Position numbers and translations under genes: made by a program. Below are positions 1 through 10,562 of a stretch of DNA of 44,548 bases, one piece after another. Below the pieces are notes generated by a model. The model was not told where the DNA came from, made no database searches, and saw only the letters and a program-made list of their open reading frames with translations. The stretch spans positions 1 through 44,548 of the forward strand of contig JAHLWZ010000383.1 in the NCBI GenBank assembly GCA_020536535.1, given 5' to 3'. Positions within the stretch are counted from its first letter, which is position 1, and each line of letters opens with the position of its first letter. The stretch comes from Pelomyxa schiedti (taxonomy: Eukaryota; Protista; Evosea).

Positions 1-260
1 CCGCTATGCTACCAGGTCTGGTTAGGATCTATGATCTCCTGGTCTGGTGTCGTGTTAATTAGCCTAGCTTATTGTTACGGGCCCACACAAAAACCACACT
101 CTCGTTACCCCTGTCCCTATTGGAATGACGATTAAAGTTCTGCAGGGAGTGGTGTAGTTGTTGCAGGTAGTGTGGTTTCTTTGCTTTTCTTTTCTTTCTT
201 TTAGGCATTACGAGAACGGCCGATGTTCCCACAATTGATCAAAAGTCGCAACGAAACGAA

Positions 261-420
261 ATGCTGCACCCGGAGGATACGGAACCGTTGGTGGTTCTGG
301 CCGCGACTTCCCCCACGTCGTCTCGCCCCCAGCCTCCCCCCTCGGTCCGCAACGCCCGACTCCTCAACTCGGGCCACAGGCGGCACGACACCGCCGCCCC
401 CACAACGACAACGACAACGA

Positions 421-451
<31 letters not shown>

Positions 452-3158
452 CACGCCCGGGGCGTCGCCGTCGCCGGGCGCCACTACTACCGCCGAGGCT
501 TCGGCGCACGGCCCCATCCCCCACGCGTACTCGCGGTTCGGCAACCCGATACGCGGTACGTCGGACGACTCGGAGGTCGCGTACAACAACGCGCCGCGCC
601 CGGCGACCCCGCCGAGGCCTCCCATAATCCCGCGCACGCAGGCGGCCTCGCCTACATCCGGCATGGGCACGGCCCCACCGCCAGACGTGACAGCCACGGC
701 GTCGTCGTCGCCAGTGATGTCGAGAATCGTTCGACCCGGGCAGGTGCTCTCGGCCCAGTTGACGTCACGCCGGCCCGCTCGTGCAATTTCGGCATCGGGC
801 GCCACCGCCAACCACGCCACTGCAGTAGCTATTGCTCATGCCCATGCTGTTGCTATTGCTAATGCTAATGCCAATTCTACTGGCTCTGGCTCCAGTTCTA
901 TTACTAGTACTAGTACTAGCTCTAGCTCTAGTACCAGTTCTAGTGCCAATAGCAATTCAAATTTTAGTGGTAATGTGGCTGCTACTGGTATTACTTCCAG
1001 TAATTCTGGTGAAAACGTTGTGACCGCCGAGGGCACTCTGGAAACCACATTGAGAAGTGAAACAGGTGCAGCATGCACAGACCCAGTAGAGCCGAGTGCT
1101 GTGGGACGCCCCACAGTGTCTGGCAAATCTGGAAAGCCGTTTCCCGTGAGGCCACTCTCATCACCACTTCCCCCTCCAATACCAACACATCCCCCACCAC
1201 TTTGCGAAACAAACTCCTTGGTGGAGACACCAACAATCGCCACCACCACCATCACCGCAACCACAACCCCATCTACATCTACAAATACGAGTATAAATCA
1301 GATTCAAATATTTGCAGCAGATGATATGCCACTTCCCCCTATGGCAGCACCTCTTCCACCAACACAATCAACCTCCCCTGTTTACACCATGTCCCCGTCC
1401 CCGACTTGCACCACGGCAATTACATCCAGTGAATCCAGCGAAGATATCCCACACCTCTCGCTTGATGCCCAAAACTCCGCACTTCCCAGCAGTCCTGAGC
1501 ATAGCAGGGCACCTCGCAAGCCCCCTCCCCCGATTCCTACAAGCTACAGAGACGGACGCCCAGTAGGTACGAGGGCCAACTCACTCTCCATGTCAGAGGG
1601 GAGCAGTCACTCTACAAGCCTGAGCCAATCTCCACAATCTCCACAGTCTACGCGTATTGCATCTGCAACTAGTCTGCTCCGTACAAGCGATGTGGCATCA
1701 CCATCTCCAAAGTTCCATGCCATGTCACCTCACATGAGCAATATTCCACCTCCTCCCCCACAAACACAACCTCCACACATACATCCTCCTCCACCCCCCC
1801 CACCACCACCAGTAAGACGACCTTCTGTTCTAAACTTAAAGCCTGTCACAACCGCTGCAAATCGTGTAGAAATGTCAGAGGTTTCTTTGGAGCTCAAACC
1901 CAAATTACTCAGTAACTGTGTCTATAGGAACGCAGAGAGGCTTTTAAAGCATACCAAGCCAAGCTCTCTGAAAACTTGTCCCAAAGGTTTGAGGACAGTT
2001 AAACAGTCATGAGACTAAAAATATTCTACAGACCCACGGAAGAAACAACTACCAAAACAGAGGAATCTGGATTGAAAAAAAGTTTACAAGAGGCTGCGAA
2101 AAAATCTGAACCGAGCGATTCCATACTGAATGTGGGTAGTCCGTATTGTTGAAGTAATGTAAACACAAGCTTTCTCACTTCAAGATTCTAGTCCTCAGAG
2201 GCTATTAAAAGCAAGTCAAAGAAAAGGAGGAAGAAGAAGCACTTTAAATTTTTTGGCTCCTGTTTGCGGGAAATACTTGAATGGGGTGACGTAAATGGCG
2301 TACCAACAATTATTTTTTCAATGGTTGAATTCCTGAGACGAGAAGAAGGTATCTTCTCAGTCCTTAAATTTGGCTCTTTTTCTGCTCTTCCTCTTTGTCA
2401 TCCACTTTTTCTAGAACCAATAACCCCACTTCCATACTTGCAGTGCTTAACAGTGAGGGGATTTTCCGCCTATCTGCGAGTACTTTGAAATTACAGGAAC
2501 TGCAGAAATTAGTCGAAGGTTTGATCTAGCTAAAAAAATTTTCTTTTGACTTGGTATCAGATACCCCAGAACTGGATTTAAGTACAGTCGAGCTGTGCCG
2601 AGAAGAACCACTGGTGGTAGCATCTCTTTTAACCAGATTTTTGCGGTGTATGGCAGAGCCCATCTTTCCCTTTGAAAGCTATGTGTGCTTCATCTCTGTG
2701 CATGGTTGTTTCCCCTTCTTTTGGAAAGTAGTACTTAAATAAAAATAGGGATCCCCAATCCGGTTACTGGTGCACCAGATGATTCCCTAAGATTAAACAA
2801 AATGAAAGGACTCTTCCAAATGATGATACCTCCTGGTAAAAACCCATGATAGCCATTTTTCACTAAATACAATATTCAAGAAAATGTCAGAGTCATAAAA
2901 TACGTGATGCAGTTTCTTTCCGAAGTAGCTCAACACTCTGATAAAAATAAGGTACTTCCTTTTCAACACACTGGTTATAACGGCTCTCAGATGACTGTTG
3001 AGAATTTAGGGACTGTATTTGGGCCGGCACTAATGCGGGAAGCACCAATAGGACTGTTTGGTACAACAGATGTGTCATCAATAATGACGGATTCTGGAAT
3101 TGTTGCCGAACTTGTATCAATGGTCATTTCCAATTGGCAATTGTTGTGTACTTTCTAA
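261..3158 (+). CDS. RhoGAP domain protein with long Pro/Ser/Thr-rich N-terminus and a degenerate RPEL-like motif (multi-exon)
   Basis: Exon 1 is long and low-complexity. Spliced exons give KLSENLSQRPT, FFGSCL..GVPTIIFSMVEFL, the arginine finger EGIFRLSA, VASLLTRFLRCMAEPIFPF and MTVENLGTVFGPALM. Stop TAA at 3156-3158. Confidence 0.9.
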
Positions 3159-3275
3159 GAGACAAATACCCAAAAAAAATACTGTTGTTTGTTTTTCTAA
3201 AAAAAAAAGTGTTGCCTCAATTTCCTTCTCTTCACAAACTCAACTAGTTGGAATCGGGTCAACTCTAATATTACA

Positions 3276-5357
3276 TTACAACCTCTGAGGCTCAGCCTTT
3301 GTCGGTTCTTCCGTTGTTATTGTTGCCTTTGTGGATGGTTGTGGGGGTGCCGACGGAGACGGTACAAGGAAGCTGAAGGAAGGAAACCAGTCAATCATCT
3401 GCTGCACAGTGGCTGTGGCTGCTGCTGATTCTTGCAAGAACGCGGTGATATCTGCTGCGCTGGTTGGAAATTCCTTCTGTAGAATAACAAGAGAATGTGC
3501 AACACAGCGGGCTAGGTTCTCTGTGTGTATTTGTGGATTTCATTAGATTATATTGAATTCTTTTATTGCGGTGGTGATGTGATTAGGATTTGTTTGTGGA
3601 TTAGGGATGCCTGATGTCATTTTATTCAGATCACTGGCCTGGGAAACGAAGTTCAAAAGCTCTAGTAACCATCTAAGTTTGGTAAGAAGAGACAAATGTG
3701 AAAGGACACAAACATTAACAGGGAAAAGTAAGAAACAGGAAGTTTTTGAAAATATTCGAGCAGTTCGTCAACAGGTGGCGGGGAGCCGTTGTTGGCTTTT
3801 TGCATTATTGCCACTAGTTGAGTGTTAAGTTCTGGTGTTGGGGTCAACAGTGATACAGGCAAGGATCTAAGTTCACAAGAAGTTAAGGGAACCATTCATT
3901 TATTTATTGAACTTCAAAGGTAACCTGAGGAATGTTCCAATGAGACTGGTTGCATCATGTGGTTCCAGGTCATCAAAAGATGTATAAAGTGCCATTCCGG
4001 ATGCGTCAATCAGTTTTCTCAGTGATTCAACACGTTTTACTCCACCAGAAATTCTGAAAAGACCTTCACAACGTACATCTTGAAGACATGTTATTAAAAC
4101 AACAAGGAATTGAAACAGACCCACTTGCACGAATGACTTTCCCACAGTCTACGAGGAAAGTTGGTACTCCTTGGATAGTGGGTGTCCTTTCAGACAACAG
4201 CATTGGGTCGACCTTAAATATTCTTGTTGCATCGGACACAACAGCGAGAGAAGCTGCACTGTGTAAGAAAGTGGTATTATTGGCTTACTCAGTACGGCCA
4301 CTGGGTTCACTTTTACGGAACTTTCCAAAAATCGCGAATGGGTTCTGTTGGTTGTCAATTAGTTGAGAGTCAACATAATAAAATGTACTTTGTTTTTCGG
4401 AGGGAGCTTGGTTCTGGAACTTAGACTAGTTGACTGAGAAAGGCCTCCACTTTTCGTTAAAGCTGTTGATACTGGTGGAGGTGGGGGAGGAGGAGGAGGA
4501 GAAGATAGAGAGGGGGTGAGAGGAGCTTGTGAGGGAAGAGCAGGTGACTGCTGGGACTGTGGAGGTGGTGCTGGTGGGCGACGAGCTGGAGGGCGTGAGA
4601 GGGTTGGTGAGGGAGGTGTGGGGAGGGCACGGGGAGTACTGTGGCGTGCAGTGGTGGGGGAGGTGCTGGATGTGCTAAGTGACAGGTTGCCCATGTGTGT
4701 GCTTGCCAGGGTGGGGGCAGTTGTGGGGGATACAGAGGCGCTATTTGTGGGCGAAGTAGAGTTTAAACATGGAACGAGTTTTGGAGATGAATTCGAGGCT
4801 GAGTGGAGTCTCGGGGATGGAGTGGAAGTTGGAGAAGTATGTGCGTTTATGTTTGGAGTTGAGGTGACAGGTTGAGTGTCTGTGAGGTTTGTGTCCGTGG
4901 AATTGAGGATCCCAGCTTGCATAAGCTCGGCAACGGTGGGCCTCTGACTCAACCTCACTGCCAAGTTGCGCTTGGCCATTTTCTTCTGTAGTGCTTTTTT
5001 TTCCTCTGAGTACTTGGACTCAAGTGGCGCTTTTTAAAGGATCAGTTTTAAGAAAAAGAGGACCACGAGTATGAAAGCTAACTCCTAAAGTTAGGGTGGT
5101 TTTTTTTTTTTAATTTTGGTTTTAAATAACACTCTACACACCAACGACCACAGGAGGCCCAGTCTTGACAGGCAATTCATCAGGTTTGGTTCTTGATCCC
5201 GAGAGCCATTTCGAAATTCCTCCTTTCTTCTTATCTTTGGGGATGTAAACAAAGGCCAAAAAAAAAAAAAAAAGCCACCTTTAGGCTCTGATGACGACGA
5301 CCTCAGACGGTTTGTCCTCGATGTCGACGGAGTCTGCGACGGTGACCCTTCGTCCAT
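3276..5357 (-). CDS. RhoGAP domain protein with RPEL (G-actin-binding) motif and proline-rich linker (multi-exon)
   Basis: Start MDEGSPSQ at 5357. Contains RPEL KRNLAVRLSQRPTVAELMQAGIL, poly-Pro, GVPTFLV, arginine finger EGLFRISGG, HDATSLIGTFLR and ENLARCVAHSL. Ends EPQRL* at 3276. Confidence 0.9.
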
Positions 5358-5444
5358 GAACCAGCGTGGGAAAAAAAAAGGAACCAAGGGACACTCCTTT
5401 CTTGCTTTTTGTGCTCTTTTCTTTTTTTTCGCGTTTGATCGGGT

Positions 5445-7408
5445 TTATGTACAGTTAGGTGAACCAGATTTCTCGGGCTTGGGTGTCTCTGCCTGACGCC
5501 AAGAGGCCGCCCTATGAATTGGGCTGTGAGTTTCGTTTCATGCAATGGGAAATACTTTGTTATGGTGGCTTCTATCCAATTAGGTATTTGTGCCTCGTCC
5601 TGTTGGCATTTGACAAGGAAAGTGAACATGATTTCTTCCCATTCAGAGAAAACACTTGACATCGATGCAGCATACTCGGCATAACTAATTGTGGAGTGAG
5701 GTGTTGCATGAGCACAACGGTGGGAAAGTACGGTTGTCTCTTAGGCAAATCATACAAGAATACTAAATTTATAACTCTTGGATAGACGTTAGACTATGTA
5801 GTTACAAGGGTAGGGTAGCTGACATACATGTTGGGACAACGCCGGCATGACTGTAACAAGGCAATTGCTTGCTGTTGTGTATTGGGATAACGATGGAGCG
5901 CCCAGCCAGAAAGCAAAAAATCCTTGCCAGTTATTGCGTAGTGTGGCACGAAGTCTTCTTTTTTCGTCGTAAGGTTTCAGGAGATGGAGAAGACCACAAC
6001 CATCCTCTGCACTTGGACTTTCAGCCTGTGAGCGCATCTTCTTTGCACACAAATACCTAAGTCCTCTCTAGGTTTTCCAGTAATTGAGAGACTGCTAGAT
6101 AGGTCTTGGTCGTACAGTTGCAGCAAGAGCTTTCAAGTACTTTCCACTTCCACATCCCTTGGGCGCAAAAATAATAACACGAAGTGGTCTACATGGACAA
6201 ATGACAACACGAAGACAAATGTGGGGTAAAAGCTCCTGTTGTGTTACGTTTGAGTGCGTTCGTAGAAAAGAAGTGTACTACACGACCTTCATTGATCTTT
6301 CACCTTTTAGTTCAAACAGTGTAACTTCATTCAAATCAAGTATTGTGGCCTTGAGGTTAGGATAGGTAGTTTGGAACTTTTGAAAACTGGTGCGAGTGAG
6401 ATAACAGTACATTTTTGGTTTTCACCTTGATTCTTCAGCGGCATTAGTTATTTTTGCCCTGCAAACCTTCAAAGCTTTAAAAGATGAATCAAAAAGAACG
6501 CGAACCTCTCCAGGAACGTTGAATTCGAATACAGTTTGAGGAATAGCACCCAATTTCTAGGTTTGGTGTGAAAAAAATTACGTTAGGAACTCAAATGGGA
6601 TGTGGTAACAACCATTAGTTTCATGCAAGTGTCAATATTCCCGGGGCACACATTCATGATCCAACCTTTATTAGCCCATATCACTCTGTTATCCCAGTTC
6701 TCAGCTTTGAAGTCGTCGGAGCAGGTGACAGGAATTAGGGAAAACTTCTTCGCAAGAAAATTGGTAACTTCTAGAAGATCCTGTCGTATAGGTCCCACAA
6801 GGGCAACTCTGTTATCTTTCATTTTTATTAGAGCAAGTGATATCTCTTAGTATAAATTTATTGCAGGGCTATAGTTTGACGATGTATCAAATACAAGCGA
6901 GACTTCTGAAAGAGTGGAACAGAAAGGCTGGAAAATTTTCAGGCATGAGCCGCACAGAATTGTTCAGAATTTCCTGTACACAATGGGTCAATCCGTGAAG
7001 CCTCATATACTCCTTCTTAGCCTCGTTGAGTCCCGAAGGCACCAAATCCGGGTGTGCCTCGTCGTGCTGTGCGAACGTTTTCCAAGCGGTAACAACAGGC
7101 GAAGGAGAAGTCGCAGTGGCAGTACCAGTCATAGATGTAGTAGTGGTAGTAGTGCTGCTAGTGTTAGTGCTAGTGCTAGTTACAGTTGTAGCTGCAGTGG
7201 CAGTAGCAGTCGCTGCAGTTGCGGAAGCAGTTGATGACGTGGTTGCTGCAGTTGCAGTGGCAGAATTAGAACTGCAGGTCAAAGATGGGTGTCCTTCTGC
7301 TTTCCGAGTCCGACCGACGTGCTTCATCGACACGCCAGAGTTTGTTGCTGTTTTCTTGGAACTGGTCCCTTTTCGCCCTCCCCTGTGGGTCGACTCATGT
7401 TGGAGCAT
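5445..7408 (-). CDS. Adenylate kinase 8-like protein (DPY-30/RIIa-type docking helix plus two degenerate adenylate kinase domains)
   Basis: EYMRLHGLTHCVQEILNNSVRLMPENFPAFL resembles the AK8 N-terminal docking helix. Domain 1: RVALVGPIRQD..FLAKKF..GWIMNVCPGN..KLGAIPQTVF. Domain 2: RVIIFAPKGCGSG..GWALHRYPNTQQQA. The 3' end is predicted via a GT-AG intron near 5513-5554. Confidence 0.65.
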
Positions 7409-7479
7409 CTACCACAAAACCGATATCCTCTTCGTCGAACCAATCAAAACAAAGATCGGCAAAACAATAGGGAAAAGAA

Positions 7480-8471
7480 ATGGCAGACACGGGCTTAGTG
7501 CTGGTGACTACGTCGTCGAGTGGCGGGGAGCCCCAGACTCTTAGTGAAAGATTCACGTTCGTCAATCAGCAGAAGCAGGCACATAGGGAACAGAGGCTTT
7601 TTGCGGCGAGGGCCAGGCGCCAGAACGCAGTTGCACGCGCTCGTCAACTTGTACTTTTAAATTACATTTTTTTAAAAATTCAATTGGAATTTGTTTGTCT
7701 CTCCGAAGTCTTTATGTTACTTTCTTGTTTTTTTCCTCCGTTTACACAGTCCCTTTTTGTTGTGTTACTACTGATTTTTCTTTACACTATAAAAACTGAG
7801 ATACATATCATAAACAGGCTTATGCACCGGTGTACGACAATGTGACTGTTGCCAATATTTCGCACAGAAGAACCCGAGGCGGCGGCACCAGAGAAATATG
7901 GACAGGCACCCCTCAACATTCCTCAGTCATGAGCAGGACATCACTCCATCCCAGTGGCCTGATGCTATCCCACAATGGCCGCGTTGCATCCCGTCCCCGT
8001 CGTTCTCGACGCCACCGTCAACCCGTTCTCACAGCCAACAACATTGGCGGCATGATTACCACTCCAAATGTACCTATGCCTCTGGCCGTGCCAATGTTTG
8101 TTGCCCCTCAACAAGTTCCATTTGTCATACAACAGGGTGGCCCCCCAGTGCAATACATTCAGCACCCACTGGTATCATCAACAGCTTCAGTTGCACCCAG
8201 ACACCCCAGGGGACGAGCAGGACCACCAATTAACAGTGGGACAAATGCAACTGCAACGGCAACGGCAACTGCAAATTCAAATGGAAAGGGAAAGGGAAGG
8301 GGAGGAAGAAAAGGTAGGGGGAGGGGAAAGGCCAAGGGCAAGGGAAATGGGAATGGGAAGCTTACTGCTGATTCACTGAACAATGACTTGGAGGGTTACA
8401 TGTCTAAGAACCCAGTTACAAAGCAGGAGAAGCTGGACAACGAGCTGGAGCAGTACCTCAATGGACAATGA
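7480..8471 (+). CDS. CHTOP/Friend-of-PRMT1-like protein (RGG-rich, C-terminal FoP duplication)
   Basis: N-terminal TLSERF motif, one intron at about 7651-7818, a GRGGRKGRGRG tract, and tandem C-terminal LTADSLNNDLEGYM / KLDNELEQYL motifs (UAP56-binding type). Stop TGA. Confidence 0.75.
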
Positions 8472-8645
8472 GGAAAAGAGTTCTGTTGTTACTTGTTGTG
8501 AAAAAGAAACTGTTTGAGTTGGGACACTTGTGTTTATTCCATTGTGGTACAATATGGATTTCTTGGCATCAAACAAAGAGGTGTTTTTGAGTGGAGATAG
8601 TGGAGATAATACGAAGGGCATTATTGAAACAAACAGGATAAATGT

Positions 8646-10484
8646 TTAGTCCTGAGGCTTGTACAAAATTGCACCAACACCACTTGTATCACCCAAAAAT
8701 TTTCTGCCTTCTGCGGTCTTGTGTAGTTTTAGTGTTCACACTATTATGGGACTAATGGGAAACACACCCAAGCGGAAACCAATGTAAGAGTACATCCATA
8801 TATTTGGTAATTCTGGGCTATCCATTCAGTAAAACGCATCTTGGATAGCACGTCATGGTACTCATCTTAACAAAAAAAGTGTTACTAACGTGGATAAGGT
8901 GAAAGGTGATGGTACACACAACATTCTTTTTCACTTGGAACATAAATGACCCTCCCAGTGCTTGGTGGATTAACACCTACTAATAAGTGCCACCAATCAC
9001 AATTTTGAGAAACGATCAGCTTATCTACAAGTCCACGTTCACACAATTGCATAGTGCCAGCAATGCCTTCAATGGCCAAACCGTTACCTGCTCTAAATTA
9101 GAATTGTTTGCTGTTTATATAAAGAAAAAGTACCAGCTTCTTTTTTTCTGAAGAATTCTTCCACCAGTTCTTGTTCTTGAAAAAGCTGCAGAAAACATGG
9201 ATTAGTAGATTGACGTGGTGACGAAACAAACCAAATGATTTGCTCTTGAAAATTTAACTGCTTGCCAAAAGCCACATTCTCCTCCCTGTGCCACCTGGAA
9301 AACTCTGCATAGTGACGCAAGTGAGGGTGGAATGAGGCCAGGTGTGCACAGATCCTGGTAGAATTCGGAAGTGCAACCAAGTGCAACTTCTGGTACTCGT
9401 ATCTAGTAATCATCAGTGAGTTATGTTTGAAAACTGAAGAAACCAAACCTCTTGCCTCACGGAAAAAGTTTCATTTGCTAACTGCAGGGCACTCAGAAGA
9501 AAGTTTTTCCGTCCTTGTATATGATCATCCAGAGAGTCTTGGAGCGAGTTGCCGAGATTACATGCAAGAGTTTTCACAGCCTTACGGCAGCTTCCACAAA
9601 TTGTGCTGTGAAGTGGGAAGAAACAAGGTTTTGAGCACTAGTAACATATTGGGATTGTTATTTACCTTACTTCAGCACCTGTATTACTAATGACAATGAT
9701 ACCACAGCTTGTTCTAACCAGTTCCATCTCCTCCAAAATGTTGGTGGCAAAGTGGTTGTCACATATGTACAAGCTAGCATTCAGTTGAACACGAGGCTTA
9801 GGGTATCACAATAAGACAACAGATATTGCAGAGATATAGACCCATACTTCAAAAGATAATATGAGCTTCTTTTCTCTTCCTTCAGTATCAATGGTGATAC
9901 CACAAAAAATAATGAGGCCATTGCTTGGAAGCATTGAGTACTTCTAGTGGAGGAAATGAGTCCACTACCACGGGTGAAAATTGGAAAAAGTATATGACTA
10001 AAACTATACCTTGAGTTCTTGTGCAGCCGCACTGAGCGAGAAAAGAGGTAGCTTCCGAGAAACACGAGTTCTAATGGACATTGCAGTGCCATACTCATCA
10101 GCTAAAAGTTTAGAGGTCTTTGCCAAAGAACCTGTTGCAGGTATATACAGCGAAATAGCAGTGGCGGAGTGTCTGCAACATACAATAAACAACGAATCAC
10201 ACCAAAAGGGGAAAAAGGAAAAGCCCAAGGTGTTTGGTCTTTTTTCTCACAGGCACACACATGCAGGCGTGCGTGAGCCTGACCAGCCTCGTGGTGTACA
10301 GCCAGTCGAGCACCGCGTCGTGCTGCGCCGCGAAGATGGCGGCCAGCCACGCACAAGCTATCTCCCGCAGCACCTCGCGCGGCGCCCAGCGCACAAACGA
10401 GCAGGCGCCCACGCGTGGGTGCGCCCCACAGCACAGCGCCACCACCCTGTCTCGGAATGCCCGCTGGCGCCCACCTGTATTCAT
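8646..10484 (-). CDS. Divergent eukaryotic release factor 1 (eRF1) paralog lacking GGQ and NIKS, with N-terminal extension
   Basis: Spliced product is collinear with eRF1: AISLYIP..KLLADEYGTAMSIRTRVSR, PSNGLIIFCG..EGREKKL..FEP, SLYICDNHF, GIIVISNTGA, RKNF, GGECGFWQAV, GLVDKLIV, EWIAQNYQIYGCTL, EGRKF..GVGAILY. Stop TAA at 8646-8648. Confidence 0.88.
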
Positions 10485-10562
10485 TCTGAGACCCGAAGCA
10501 ATATTGTGATCGAAACTTTACGCGATCCCACTCCCTTCTTTTTTCGACAAGAAGGGTGAACC

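Noticed and set aside
201-1367. Overlapping and antisense ORFs with RCRCRC, QRQRQR or VAVAVA runs (also 7026-7544, 13467-13913, 24426-25124, 41545-41889)
   Set aside because: They are shadow frames of GC-rich or microsatellite-derived sequence.
5303-5445. Apparent coding overlap between the AK8-like ORF and the RhoGAP start
   Set aside because: A plausible GT-AG intron shifts the frame and ends the upstream gene at 5445.
8646-10484. Altered eRF1 as evidence for a non-standard genetic code
   Set aside because: Genes here end in TAA (RhoGAP), TGA (CHTOP-like) and TAG (Rab4, EEP). The in-frame stops I examined are explained by introns.
8646-10484. Calling the gene Pelota/Dom34
   Set aside because: The N-domain has eRF1-specific motifs (ISLxIP, ExGTA, PxNGL, YxCDNxF), not the Pelota Sm-like fold.
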